A stretch of DNA of 64,000 bases from Nitrospirota bacterium. GTDB lineage: Bacteria; Nitrospirota; UBA9217. The notes beneath the pieces are model-generated. The model saw only the letters and a program-made list of their open reading frames with translations, was not told the DNA's origin and ran no database searches. Below are positions 31,794 through 43,223 of the stretch, piece after piece; position 1 is the first letter of the stretch, and each line of letters opens with the position of its first letter. The DNA lies in the NCBI GenBank assembly GCA_963741205.1, contig CAVUHW010000043.1:35500-99499 (forward strand), written 5' to 3'. The position numbers and the translations under genes were made by a program.

Positions 31794-33223
31794 TGAGTTT
31801 CCTCACGGCGCTTATCCTCTGGTTCAATTTTTTCGTTGTGTTCTATTTTGGCGCCGTGAATGCCGTTTACTCAGTGCTCCTGATGCTCGCCCTTTTCAAG
31901 GTTTTCGGTCATATCCGCCGCCTGAAGTATTCCGCGCGCAAGGAGTTTCACGCTTCCCCCGAAACGCCTCCCATCACGATCCTCATACCCGTGCATAATG
32001 AGGAAAAGGTCGTCCTCCGGAGCATTCGGTCCGCCCTCGCCGCCGACTACCCTTTTTTCGAAGTAATCGTCATCAATGACGGTTCAAGCGACGCCACGCT
32101 GCAGACAGTGATCAACGCTTACCGGCTGCGGAAGATCGACCGCGTCTACCGGACGTTTCTCAAGACGAAACCCCTCAAGGGGTTTTACTTCAACATGGAA
32201 ACGCCTAACCTTCTGGTCATCGACAAGGAGCGCGGCGGCAAGTCCGATGCCCTGAACTGCGGGATAAACACTTCCCGCTCGCCGTATTTCTGCTCGGTCG
32301 ATGCGGATTCGCTGCTTGAAGAAGACGCCCTTCTCAGGCTCATGACCCCCCTCTTGGAGAGCCGCATCCCCGTGATCGCCAGCGGCGGCGTGGTGCGCGT
32401 GATCAACGGCGTCCGCCTCGAGGACGAAATAACGATCCGGGAAATCGATCTCCCCAAAGAACCGCTCGTCATGTTCCAGATCGTGGAGTACATCCGGGGC
32501 TTTCTCTTTGGACGGGTGGGATGGGACACCCTGAACGCTTTGCTGATCCTCTCCGGCACCTTTTCTCTCTTTCATAAGGCCACGGTCGTGGATGCAGGCG
32601 GCTTCAAGGTCGGAAACGTATCGGAAGACATGGAAATGATCGTCCGCCTGCACCGTCATATGCGGAAACAAAATAAACCGTACCGCATCAAGTTCGTTTC
32701 CGATCCCATCTGCTGGACGGAGGCGCCGGACAGTATCACCATGCTCGGCAGGCAGCGGAGGCGGTGGCATCTGGGGCTGATCCAGAGCATCTTCGACAAC
32801 AAGGAGATGATCCTGAACCCCCGATACGGATGGATCGGCATGGCGGTTGTCCCCTACTATATCTTGTTCGAGATCCTGGGGCCGGCCGTAGAAGTCCTGG
32901 GGTACATTTTCATCGTTATTTCCTATGCGATCGGGATTTTAAGCCTGCATTTTCTCCTGCTCTTCCTAACCCTGGCGATATTTTACGGGGTGTTTCTTTC
33001 GACTGCCGGCATCTTTCTCGAAGAACTGACGTTCAGGCGGTATCCGAAGTGGGGGCACCTGTTCAAGCTTCTTCTCTATGGAGTGTACGAAAACTTCGGA
33101 TACCGACAGATCAATTCCATCTGGAGGTTCTGGGCGCTCATCCAGTTTCTTTTTGGAAAAAAGACGTGGGAACATGTTCAGTTCAAGGGTGGCAAAGGCC
33201 CGGCAAAGGAACGTGCGGTATGA
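31790..33223 (+). CDS. Processive GT2 glycosyltransferase (synthase type)
   Basis: IPVHNEE, NDGSSD, GGKSDALN, VDADS, SEDME, QRRRW; flanking TM helices. Confidence 0.93.
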   Translation: MMSFLTALILWFNFFVVFYFGAVNAVYSVLLMLALFKVFGHIRRLKYSARKEFHASPETPPITILIPVHNEEKVVLRSIRSALAADYPFFEVIVINDGSSDATLQTVINAYRLRKIDRVYRTFLKTKPLKGFYFNMETPNLLVIDKERGGKSDALNCGINTSRSPYFCSVDADSLLEEDALLRLMTPLLESRIPVIASGGVVRVINGVRLEDEITIREIDLPKEPLVMFQIVEYIRGFLFGRVGWDTLNALLILSGTFSLFHKATVVDAGGFKVGNVSEDMEMIVRLHRHMRKQNKPYRIKFVSDPICWTEAPDSITMLGRQRRRWHLGLIQSIFDNKEMILNPRYGWIGMAVVPYYILFEILGPAVEVLGYIFIVISYAIGILSLHFLLLFLTLAIFYGVFLSTAGIFLEELTFRRYPKWGHLFKLLLYGVYENFGYRQINSIWRFWALIQFLFGKKTWEHVQFKGGKGPAKERAV

Positions 33224-35622
33224 ATTATGTGGATTTGGGCCTCCTGGCAATTAAAAAGCAGGATTATCAGGAAGCAGTGAATATTTTCAAACGCGCTCTG
33301 GAAATCCGCAAAGAAACTGACGCATTCTTCGGGCTTGGACTCGCCTATTATCATCTCGGCGATCTTCCCACTGCACGGTGGGCCTTTTACCAGGCGCTGG
33401 ACATGAAGAGCGATCATGCTTCATCAAAGGAATATATAGGTCGCATCGAGCGCTCCGTTAACAAAAAGAGACCGGCGCAGAAAAGGAAATCCCGGTTTCG
33501 GGCCCTTAAGGACCATCTGGAGATCCACGACGGTTCGTGGAAGAAGTTCTTCGTCAAGGGCGTGAACATCGGTCTCGGCCTTCCGGGATATTTCCCGGGC
33601 GAGTATGCAGTAAAAAAGGGGACCTTCCTCAAATGGTTCGGCCAGATAGCAGACCTCGGCGCAAATGCAATCAGGGTTTATACCATATTCCCGCCGGATT
33701 TCTATGAGGCGCTCTACCAGTTCAACAGCGCAGGGAAGAGGCTTTATCTCTTCCAGGAGATATGGACTGAGCTCCCGGAGGGAAGCGACTTCCATGACGA
33801 CCGCTTTATGGAAGGGTTGCAGAACGAAATTAAGAACGCCGTGGACGTGATTTATGGCAACACAACTCTTCCGGAACAACCGGGGCACGCACACGGGACA
33901 TATGAATACGACGTTTCGCCCTTGCTTGCCGGATTCATCGTAGGGAGGGAGTGGGAGGCCTGTGCGGTCAAGGAATACAATGAAATGAATCGAGAAAAAT
34001 CTGGCGATTATTACGGCCAGTTTCTCCAAATCCGGAACGGCAACCCCTTCGAAGTTTGGATCGCCGAAGTATGCGATTTTCTCCAACAATACGAGGACAA
34101 GCACTATCATGTGTCGCATCCGGTCGCTGCGGTCAACTGGCCTACCCTCGATCCGCTGACACACCCGAGCGAATCCACCATTGAAGTGGAATCAAAGCTT
34201 CAGGGCGTGGCGGTCGGCAACACAGTGTGCAATAACAATGAAGACAGCGAAGTATTGGACGTGGCAAAGATTATTTCGAAGAAGGGGAACGGTTTTTTTG
34301 CCGTCTATCATGTCTATCCCTATTATCCGGATTTCATGAATAACGACTATGAGAAAGAGGACAATCCCTATCGCGCGTATCTCCAGGCCTTGAAAAACCA
34401 CCATGGCACGCAGCCAATTCTCATAGCCGAGTTCGGCGTGCCCACAAGCAGGGAGAGCGCGCACTGGCAACGGGACGGGTGGAATCACGGCGGCCATACG
34501 GAGAGGAAACAGGGGGAGATCAACGGGCTTCTCATGCAATCAATCCGCGAAGCCGGAATGTGCGGCGGGATCCTCTTCAGTTGGTGTGATGAATGGTTTA
34601 AGAAGAACTGGAATTTTCAGCGGTATGAGCTGCCCGCTGAGAGAAAACCCTTTTGGTTTAACTTTCAGGACCCGGAAGAGAATTACGGCCTCCTTGCGGC
34701 TTACCCCTCCTATCCCGGGAAAAAGGTTCGCCTTGCGGGGCACAAAGAAGACTGGCAAAATGCGCAGGTTATTTATGAGGCGCATGATGCCGCTCCCGCC
34801 TTTCTGTTCCACGATGGCGCTGACGATGCACGGGAGTTGCTTCGGCTTGCGGTCCAGCATGACGAGGGCTTTCTCTATATATTTCTCCAAACCCGGGGTA
34901 CGCTGGATTTTACCAAGGCACACTATCTAGTCGGTCTCGCTACGTGTCCGACCGACGCCGGCGAACGGCTGCTTCCCTTCGGGACGAACCTCCTGAGCCC
35001 GATCGGGCTTACGTTTGTGATTCACCTTGCAGGGAAAAACCGCAGTAGAATCCTGGTCTCCGGCTCTTATGATAAATACCTGAATGACAATCCGCGAGTG
35101 ATACGGCCGGAGTCCTCAGACCAGGGCGCCTGGGCAATGATGCAGTCACTCACGAACTTTCGGAGGATCAGCAAGGACGGTAAAAGGTTTTTCCCCTCCC
35201 ATGTGTCCACGATGAGCCGACTGAGATTCGGCAGTCTTGACACGCGCCATCCCGATTATCATTCTCTTGCGGATTTTTTTTATGTGGGCTCATCGATTGA
35301 GCTCCGTATCCCGTGGGGGCTCATGAATATTACCGACCCCAGTTCGAAGACAGTCCTTTGGAGGGACAAGGACGACAAGACGAGGACGACGAACGGAATA
35401 CGCCTCCTCGCGGTTTCCTACAGGCCGGAAGATGACGGCATTGCCGCCCGGAAGACCGGCGGGCCGTCAAATCATACATGCAGTCTTCCGACGGAGCTTA
35501 CCGCGGCGCGTATCAAGACCTATTCATGGGACGGTTGGGACACGCCGGTCTATCATACCTATCTGAAGGAGAGCTATTACAGTTACCAAAAGGTCCTTCG
35601 ATCGATTCCGGAGGACCAATGA
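33220..35622 (+). CDS. TPR plus clan GH-A-like glycoside hydrolase-fold protein
   Basis: N-terminal TPRs; VKGVNIG, GANAIRVYT, IVGREW, YHVYPYYP, IAEFGVP, DEWFKKNWN, EENYGL. Confidence 0.8.
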   Translation: MNYVDLGLLAIKKQDYQEAVNIFKRALEIRKETDAFFGLGLAYYHLGDLPTARWAFYQALDMKSDHASSKEYIGRIERSVNKKRPAQKRKSRFRALKDHLEIHDGSWKKFFVKGVNIGLGLPGYFPGEYAVKKGTFLKWFGQIADLGANAIRVYTIFPPDFYEALYQFNSAGKRLYLFQEIWTELPEGSDFHDDRFMEGLQNEIKNAVDVIYGNTTLPEQPGHAHGTYEYDVSPLLAGFIVGREWEACAVKEYNEMNREKSGDYYGQFLQIRNGNPFEVWIAEVCDFLQQYEDKHYHVSHPVAAVNWPTLDPLTHPSESTIEVESKLQGVAVGNTVCNNNEDSEVLDVAKIISKKGNGFFAVYHVYPYYPDFMNNDYEKEDNPYRAYLQALKNHHGTQPILIAEFGVPTSRESAHWQRDGWNHGGHTERKQGEINGLLMQSIREAGMCGGILFSWCDEWFKKNWNFQRYELPAERKPFWFNFQDPEENYGLLAAYPSYPGKKVRLAGHKEDWQNAQVIYEAHDAAPAFLFHDGADDARELLRLAVQHDEGFLYIFLQTRGTLDFTKAHYLVGLATCPTDAGERLLPFGTNLLSPIGLTFVIHLAGKNRSRILVSGSYDKYLNDNPRVIRPESSDQGAWAMMQSLTNFRRISKDGKRFFPSHVSTMSRLRFGSLDTRHPDYHSLADFFYVGSSIELRIPWGLMNITDPSSKTVLWRDKDDKTRTTNGIRLLAVSYRPEDDGIAARKTGGPSNHTCSLPTELTAARIKTYSWDGWDTPVYHTYLKESYYSYQKVLRSIPEDQ

Positions 35623-36401
35623 GCTTGACACGAAGAGCATTTTTGAAACTGAGCGGCGCCGCCGTGGCGTCACTTTCATTTTCCCAATATGCGACAGCGA
35701 CCGCGGCGAACATCCCGGTGTTTATGTACCACGACATCTCATATCAACAACGTGAAGAGGAAACCGTGTCGCCGTCGCTTTTCGCGGCCCAAATGGAGTG
35801 GCTCTATGGCAACGGATACCGTGCAGTCGCGTTCGAAGAGATTGACTCGCTCGACGCAGAGAGCCTGAAGCGGGCAGTGATCATAACGTTCGACGACGGA
35901 TTCGTCTCGTTTATGGACTATGCGTTCCCACTTTTTACGGAATACGGGTTTAAATCGACGATCAACGTCATCGGAAGATACATGGGGGGGTTCATAAGCG
36001 GCGATGATCCGCGCCTGAGCTGGGATGAATGCAGGTATCTCGTCAAGAGCGGTATCGTCGAAATCGGCTGCCACACTTTCAATCTACATGCCTGGTATGG
36101 AAATCTGTCCCGGGCAGATGCAATCGCGGCCGTTAATGAAAAACTGCCGGAAGATCTTGCCCGTTTTCAAGAAGTTTATACAGAGGAACTGGGACGTCCA
36201 GTGAGGATACTTGCGTGGCCTTACGGGAGGTATGACGGTGAGAGCATCGAGATAGCAAAGCGGGCCGGATTTCGCTACATACTTAGCTCGAATCACCGCT
36301 ATTTCATGACTGATGGAAGCCGCGCAGATATCCCGCGTTTCACCATTGACAACAATGCCCCCCTTCCCCTCGTCAGGAAAATCCTTGAGAGGCGACTATG
36401 A
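35619..36401 (+). CDS. Tat-exported polysaccharide deacetylase (CE4, IcaB/PgaB-like)
   Basis: TRRAFLK signal; MYHD, ITFDDG, GCHTFNLH, AWPYG, IPR motifs. Confidence 0.9.
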   Translation: MSLTRRAFLKLSGAAVASLSFSQYATATAANIPVFMYHDISYQQREEETVSPSLFAAQMEWLYGNGYRAVAFEEIDSLDAESLKRAVIITFDDGFVSFMDYAFPLFTEYGFKSTINVIGRYMGGFISGDDPRLSWDECRYLVKSGIVEIGCHTFNLHAWYGNLSRADAIAAVNEKLPEDLARFQEVYTEELGRPVRILAWPYGRYDGESIEIAKRAGFRYILSSNHRYFMTDGSRADIPRFTIDNNAPLPLVRKILERRL

Positions 36402-37954
36402 TTGTGCGTGGCCTTCTGATGATCGTACTTCTGTTTGGTGTTTGCGCTTCTCCGATCCTGGCTGAATCGACCGGGGAGGGCAGGGACGCGGAATCGGTGG
36501 AACTCTCTTCCCAGGCAACCACGTCGCCCGGAGATGCCCGATCGGAGGCGCTGGTGCGAAAGGAGCGGGGAGACCAGTATGCATCGCAGGAAAACTACAA
36601 GCAGGCTGCTGAAGAATACGTGAAGGCGCTCGAAATCGATCCCGAGGCGTTCAATGCCTCGGAACGCCTCAAGATGGCCATCGCGGTCTCGTGGGCCGAC
36701 CGCCTGGATGACGCAATCCATATCCTCCGGGCAATCCTAACAGAAGATCCCATGAACCGGGAGGCCCGCGTCCACCTGGCCAAGGTTCTGTCGTGGTCGG
36801 ACAAGCTTTCCGAGGCCGAGGCTGAGGCCGACCTGGTCCTGCGTGACCATCCGGAAGACCAGGAAGCGCTCTTGGTCAAGGCGAACGTGCTTCGGTGGCG
36901 CGGGGACGCCAGGGCATCGATCCCGGTCTACGAGAGGGCGCTTGCCCAGGGAGAGAACTTCGACGTCCGGATCGGCCTTGCCAATGCATACATATCCGTC
37001 GGAGACCGTAAGAACGCCGAGGAGAGCGCAAAGCCGCTGAAACCGCAATATCCTTACCAAGAGAAGGAATTAAAAAAACTGGATGATGCCTTTTGCAGCG
37101 TGAAGACGTTCCAACCTCTCCTCCAGTACGGTTATTATCACGACTCCGATCATAACATTGTAAATCGATACACCCTGACCCACGGCTTCCGCGCAGGAAA
37201 AAGTGAGGCGGAGATCAGCTACCGGTTGTTCGATGCGAGGGATCTGACCCGTCGCATCACTGCACAGGAGCTGCTCATCTCGGCAAACGAACGCTGGAAC
37301 ACCATCGGCGCGGGCGCGACCTTGGGCGTCAGCCGACCGGGTGAGGGGAATATTGCTGTCGGATCAGCTCGGGCCGATAAACAAGCCGCATGGGGATCGG
37401 TCGGGGTATCCCTTTCGCGGGATCTGATGACGGACACGGCTCAGATCATCGAAAATAAAATCGTGCGGACCGCCGAGGCGCTCTCACTCGTGCAGAACTT
37501 GACCCAGCGGACGTCTCTCTCCGAAAACTACAGCCATGCGTCCTACTCCGACAGTAACCACGCCGACGATATACAGGTAGGCGTCAGGCAGGCCATTATA
37601 CCCTCTCCCCGCATAGCCGCAGGTTATCGGTTTCGTTACCTGAGCTTCGAGCGTCAGAGCAATGGCGGGTATTTCGATCCCCAATACTTCACCTCACATC
37701 TGATCTTCGTTTCCCTTTCCAAGGCGGAGGGCGGATTGCACGCCAGCCTGGATCCTTACTTCGGGCTGCAGTCGTTCCATCGGAATGGCGAATATAACAG
37801 CCATGGTTTTTTTGGCGTCAATGCCGCTGCAGGCTGGACTATGAAAAAATGCACATCTTTTGAAGTAACCGGAGAAGGCGGCAATTACGCTGGCGGCACT
37901 ACTGCGGGATTTAACTATTTCCTGCTCGGATTCAATCTCAAAGTATATTTTTGA
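36398..37954 (+). CDS. TPR plus outer-membrane beta-barrel protein (PgaA/YaiO-like export)
   Basis: Signal peptide, TPRs with LSW motifs, GYFDP, terminal amphipathic strand ending in F. Confidence 0.78.
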   Translation: MIVRGLLMIVLLFGVCASPILAESTGEGRDAESVELSSQATTSPGDARSEALVRKERGDQYASQENYKQAAEEYVKALEIDPEAFNASERLKMAIAVSWADRLDDAIHILRAILTEDPMNREARVHLAKVLSWSDKLSEAEAEADLVLRDHPEDQEALLVKANVLRWRGDARASIPVYERALAQGENFDVRIGLANAYISVGDRKNAEESAKPLKPQYPYQEKELKKLDDAFCSVKTFQPLLQYGYYHDSDHNIVNRYTLTHGFRAGKSEAEISYRLFDARDLTRRITAQELLISANERWNTIGAGATLGVSRPGEGNIAVGSARADKQAAWGSVGVSLSRDLMTDTAQIIENKIVRTAEALSLVQNLTQRTSLSENYSHASYSDSNHADDIQVGVRQAIIPSPRIAAGYRFRYLSFERQSNGGYFDPQYFTSHLIFVSLSKAEGGLHASLDPYFGLQSFHRNGEYNSHGFFGVNAAAGWTMKKCTSFEVTGEGGNYAGGTTAGFNYFLLGFNLKVYF

Positions 37955-38004
37955 GTCGCGGATCAGTTGAAGAAGTCGGGAAAGTCAAAAATGTGCAACC
38001 CCGA

Positions 38005-38636
38005 CTAGAGTTCAATCTCGCGGTGTGAAGTATAGACGAAGAGCGTAAAGTCGTTCGGGATCCGGTCATGCCGGAGGGCCACGGAAGGCGAAAGGTTTTC
38101 GAGGGAAAATTTCACCATTTCCTCGGGAGAGGTGAAGTGGAGTTCGGGGTCCTTGATCGGCGTATGCGATGACAGGGCGTTCAGGGCGAGCCCCTTGTTG
38201 CAATGTTTGAAGAGCGTGACGAGGGCGTTCTTCATATCGTCCTCGACGCCCGGGACCCGCAGGTTGAAGACCCCGCAGATGAAGATATAGTCATAGAACC
38301 CCTCCAAGCTCATCGTCGTCGGCGCTCATCACCCGGAAAGAGCACTCCGGATATTTCTTCTTCGCCAGGCTGATGAAGTTCTCGTTGATGTCGACCCCGG
38401 TATATTTCACGTTGATGCCCCGCCGTTTTAAGAACCGGTAAAAATCACCGGTCCCGCAGCCGTAATCGAGGACCGTGCTGTTGTTGAGCTCCGACGGCGG
38501 ACGCGATGTCGGCGAGCATGTGATACCGTCTGAGCTGGCCCTGCGGCGTCCAGCGCAGGGCCTCGGGCCGGTCGCCGAATTTCTTCAGATGGAAATTGTA
38601 GAAGGACAGAAGCTGCTCTTTGGAATAGGGGTCCAT
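38005..38636 (-). CDS. Class I SAM methyltransferase (indels)
   Basis: ALRWTPQGQLRRY, VLDYGCGTGD, YTGVDIN, DYIFICGVFN, LRHD. Confidence 0.85.
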
Positions 38637-38853
38637 GGTTTCCTCCGTCGTCCACGCCATTGTACTTCATCGGCCGGGCGAACTCAAGCGCGTCAACTGT
38701 TTTTTTCCGGGGTTTACTCCCGCCAAAGTTATGGCTGTTATAATTTTTTTTTATTGACAAACAGATGACGGTTTATTTAATATGCACAGGTTTTCAGAAG
38801 TTTTGCTAATTTAAAATTTAATACTTATAGTCCTCACAGAGAGGGAGAAGCGT

Positions 38854-39229
38854 ATGACACCAAGTACCTATCTTCCGGAACACTTTCTGCCGGTGGTGGT
38901 TTTTCTGCTGCTCGGCGCCGTGGTCGGCGTAGGGATGCTGGTTGTCGAGCTGGATTCTCCGGCCGAGGAACCCCTATCCCGAAAAACTGATCACCTACGA
39001 GTCCGGCATCACCCCCTTCATGGACGCCCATCAGAAGTTTTCCATCCGTTATTACATCATCGCCATGCTGTTCCTCATCTTCGATATTGAAGCCGTTTTC
39101 CTCTATCCCTGGGCCGTCGCGTACAACCAGATCGGCCTCTACGGCTTTGTGGAGATGGTGATCTTCATCGCCATCCTGCTCGTGGGGTACATCTATGCAT
39201 GGAAGAAAGGGGCCCTCGAATGGGAGTAA
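38854..39229 (+). CDS. nuoA: NADH-quinone oxidoreductase subunit A (indel)
   Basis: [35 protein letters not shown]. Confidence 0.95.
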
Positions 39230-39699
39230 TCCAGAATCTGTTTGAAGAAGGGTATATCTCGACCACGCTGGACGGTTTTTTGAACTATTGCCGGTCCTGC
39301 TCCATCTGGCCGATGACGTTCGGCCTCGCCTGCTGCGCCATTGAAATGATCCAGTATTATTCCGCGCCTCAGCATGATTTCGACCGTTTCGGCACTGTGC
39401 CGCGTCCTTCGCCGCGGCAGTCCGATCTGCTGCTCGTCGCCGGTACGCTGTCGAAGAAGATGGCGCCCATCGTGCGCCGCGTGTACGATCAGATGCCCGA
39501 ACCGCGGTATGTCATCGCCATGGGCAGCTGCGCCGGCTCCGGCGGGATCTTCAATACCTACAGCGTCGTGCAGGGCGTGGATAACATCGTCCCCGTGGAC
39601 GTCTACATCCCGGGTTGCCCCCCGCGGCCCGAAGCCCTGATGAACGGCATCATGAAGCTTCAGGAAAAGATCAGAAAAGAGCATTACATCCGGAAGTAA
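39220..39699 (+). CDS. nuoB: NADH-quinone oxidoreductase subunit B
   Basis: [34 protein letters not shown]. Confidence 0.97.
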   Translation: MGVIQNLFEEGYISTTLDGFLNYCRSCSIWPMTFGLACCAIEMIQYYSAPQHDFDRFGTVPRPSPRQSDLLLVAGTLSKKMAPIVRRVYDQMPEPRYVIAMGSCAGSGGIFNTYSVVQGVDNIVPVDVYIPGCPPRPEALMNGIMKLQEKIRKEHYIRK

Positions 39700-39782
39700 C
39701 AAGTCACCAACATACCGTTGCCACTTCACATGAAAACCGCGCACCACGAGCGTTCAGTCGGTGCGTCCAGGAACGAGGTTGT

Positions 39783-40255
39783 ATGGACCCCTTACAGATC
39801 GCCAAGATGATAGAAGAAAAATTTGCCGGGCCAGGTGCTCGGCACAACGGCCTATGCCGGGCAGGTCGGCGTCACGCTCAAGAAAGACCGTGATCAAAGA
39901 CATTTGTCTTTTCCTGCGTGATGAGCCCTCCCTCAAGATGGACCACCTTGCCGACCTCACTGCCGTCGATTTTTCCAAGTATCCCGGCGACACCGGGCCC
40001 CGGTTCGAAGTCGTATATAACATGATATCGACCGTTCACCATCACCGCATTCGTTTGAAGGTCAGGGTGCCGGAAGAGGACCCGAGGATAGACTCGGTCG
40101 CTTCGATCTGGCAGACGGCTAACTGGCACGAACGTGAGACCTTCGACCTCATGGGGATCAAGTTCGACGGCCATCCCGACCTCCGCAGGATCCTGCTGCC
40201 CGAGGACTGGGAAGGGCATCCGCTCAGGAAAGAATATCCGCTGAAAGGATACTGA
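39783..40255 (+). CDS. nuoC: NADH-quinone oxidoreductase subunit C (indels)
   Basis: ANWHERETFDLMGIKFDGHPDLRRILLPEDWEGHPLRKEYP. Confidence 0.95.
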
Positions 40256-40334
40256 AAAAACAAGTCAAGCCAAATCAAGACAAACAAATATTTCCTGGAC
40301 CTGAGTTGAAATTGGATTTTACTATGGTGAACAT

Positions 40335-41532
40335 ATGTCTCCTACCGATACGAAAAAAGAAATAGTCCAGAAAGAAATAACGCTCAACATGGGCCCCCAG
40401 CACCCGGCCACCCACGGCGTGCTGCGCCTGGTGGTCGACCTTCAGGGGGAGACCGTGTCGGGCTGCGACCCGCGGCCCGGCTACCTCCACCGCGGGATCG
40501 AGAAGTGGATGGAGAGCAGGACCTACCACCAGATCATCCCGATGACCGACCGGCTCGAGTACATCACCTGCATGAACAACAACCTCGGCTATGTCGTGGC
40601 GGTCGAGAAACTGGCCGGGATCACGGTGCCGGAGCGGGCGCAGTTCATCAGGACGCTCATGGCCGAGCTGACCCGCTTGTCCGGGCACCTCGTGTGGCTT
40701 GGCACCCACGCCCTCGACATCGGCGCCATGACGGTCTGCATGTACACGCTGCGCGAGCGGGAGCTTATCCTCGATCTTACGGAGATGGTCACCGGCGCGC
40801 GCCAGACCGTGAGCTATTGCCGCATCGGCGGGGTGCGGAACGACATACCCCGGGATTTCTTCGACAAATGCCGCGAGTTCACCGAGCTGTTTCCCAAGCG
40901 GCTCGAGGAGTATGATACGCTCATCCGGGAAAACCGCATCTGGCTTCAGCGCACCGTGGGCATCGGCGTGTTTTCAGCGGAGGACGCGGTCAATTACGGC
41001 CTCACGGGCGGCACCCTCCGCGGTTCGGGCGTGAACTACGACCTGCGCAAGGTCGAGCCCTATGCCGCCTATGATAAGGTCGAGTTCGACGTGCCGCTCG
41101 GAAAGAACGGGGACGTGTACGACCGGTACATCGTGCGTATCAACGAGATGCGCCAGAGCAACCGGATCATCAAACAGTGCCTCGACATGATGCAGCCCGG
41201 ACCCATCACGACCGACGACACCGCGCTATGCCATCCCCGAGAAGATGAAGGTCATGCAGAACATGTCGACGCTGGCCCATCAGTTCGTGCTCATGAGCAA
41301 GTGGGTGCCCATGCCCAAGGGCGAAGTGTACGTGGCCACCGAGGCGCCGAAGGGCGAGCTCGGCTTCTATATCGTAAGCGACGGGAGCGGCAGGCCGTAC
41401 CGCATCAAGATCCGCGCCCCTTCGTACGTGCACGTGAGCGCCCTCCCGAAAATGGTGACCGGGCATATGGTGGCGGACGTCATCGCCTGCATCGGCACGA
41501 TCGATATCGTGCTCGGCGAATGTGACCGGTAG
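40335..41532 (+). CDS. nuoD: NADH-quinone oxidoreductase subunit D (indel near 41230)
   Basis: [41 protein letters not shown]; no NiFe CxxC motifs. Confidence 0.97.
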
Positions 41533-41543
41533 GGAGCGGGACC

Positions 41544-41904
41544 ATGATGAAACTGAGAGAGATCATCAACCTTCTTCAGGCGCGAGGTCCTGGTCGGGGA
41601 CGGCCTCCTCGATGAGATCGAGGTGGACCGGTGCTTCAGCGCGGACCTCATGAGCGACGTGCTCGGCCGCACTCATGCGAACGGCATCCTGGTCACGGGG
41701 CTCACGAACCCCCAGGCGGTGCGGACGGCCGACATCGCCGATATCAAGGCGGTCTGCGTAGTGCGCGGGAAGCAGCCGGAAGCGGACACCATGGCGCTGG
41801 CAAAGCAGAAGGATATCCCCCTTTTCGTCACCAAGCTGACCATGTTCGAGGCTTGCGGCATTCTCTACATGAACGGTCTCAGAGGGGTGGCCGAGCGGCA
41901 ATAG
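41544..41904 (+). CDS. DRTGG domain protein
   Basis: ADLMSDVL, LVTGLTNPQAVRTA, VRGKQP, MFEACGILY. Confidence 0.88.
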
Positions 41905-41908
41905 ACTG

Positions 41909-42864
41909 ATGGCACAGCAGGGCAAAGAGCAGGAGACGCCGGACCGGTTGACCAAGACCCAGGAGATGGTCTATGAGCTCACCGTCGGCGAGGTCATGTC
42001 CCCCAAGATGGTCACCGTGGGGCCGGAACAGACCATGGCGGAGTTCAGGCTCATTCTGCGGGACAACCGCATCTCCGGCACGCCGGTGGTCGAGAACGGG
42101 AAGCTCGTGGGCATGGTCAGCATCGAAGACCTGATCAACGCCCTTTACGACAATGCGATCAACGCTCCCATCCGGGAGAGGATGAAGACGAAGGTCGAGT
42201 GCCTGTACGCCGACGAACTGCTGGTCCACTGCATCGCCAAGTTCTCCAAGACTGGGGTACCGGCGGTACCCGGTACTGAACCGGAAAGACGAGCTGGTCG
42301 GCATCGTCACCAAGGGAAGCATCGTCGAGGGCCTGCTCAAGAAGCTCGAGATCGAATACGAGCAGTCCGAGACGAAGGCCGACCTGAGCGCGTCAGCGGC
42401 CCACGATGAGGAAGTTCTTCGAGGACGTTACCGCCGACGAGATCAGCTTCACCTTTAAGTACAACGTCGCCGGTCAGACCCTGAAGGACGCAGGCAAGGC
42501 GGCGAGCGAACTCAAGAACGCGCTCAAGAAACTGGGCGTCTGCCCTCCGCTCCTCCGGCGGATCGGGGTAGCCACCTACGAGGCGGAGATCAACCTCGCC
42601 TCGTACACGCAGGGCGGCGAGATTCGGGCCCAGGTGGAAAAGTGGGGGATCATCGTGGAGGCGATCGACACCGGTCCCGGCATCCCCGACGTCGAGCGCG
42701 CCATGCAGCCGGGATATTCCACGGCCCCCGACTGGGTGCGGGAACTGGGGTTCGGCGCGGGCATGGGGCTGGTGAACATGAAGAAATGCGCCGATGAGAT
42801 GGACCTGAAATCGTCGGTGCCCGACGGAACGCATTTGACCATGCAGTTTTACTACACGAGTTGA
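41909..42864 (+). CDS. CBS-pair protein fused to RsbT-like anti-sigma/Ser-Thr kinase ATPase (indels)
   Basis: ISGTPVV..LVGMVS CBS motifs, then AGKAAS, YEAEIN, DTGPGIPD, GYSTA, GAGMGL. Confidence 0.85.
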
Positions 42865-42877
42865 CCGGGGGCCTACT

Positions 42878-43223
42878 ATGAAACTGAAGCGACCTTGTAA
42901 AGGAATTCGGTCTGGAAGTAAAAGCCGGGTTCCGGTCGCCTCGACAGCGAGGTGACCGGGGGATACGTAAGCGACCTCATGTCGGATGTGCTGGCCCATG
43001 CGGATGACGGGGTCCTCTGGGTCACGCTCCATATCCACCAGAACATCGTGGCGGTCGCGTCGCACAAGGGACTTGTCCGGCATCATCCTGGTCCAGGGCA
43101 GGGCAGCCGGAAAAGGACACCATTGCCAAGGCCGAGGAAGAGAACATCCCGATCATGGTGAGCGAGCTTTCGGCGTTCGAACTGGTCGGCAGACTATACA
43201 AGGCGGGGATCCGTGGCGCTTAG
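42878..43223 (+). CDS. Second DRTGG domain protein (indels)
   Basis: GGYVSDLMSDVL, WVTLHIHQNIVAVA. Confidence 0.82.

Noticed and set aside
32764-33219. N-terminal 152 aa of the 952 aa ORF
   Set aside because: Overlaps the GT2 gene out of frame; the real start is the ATGA-coupled ATG at 33220
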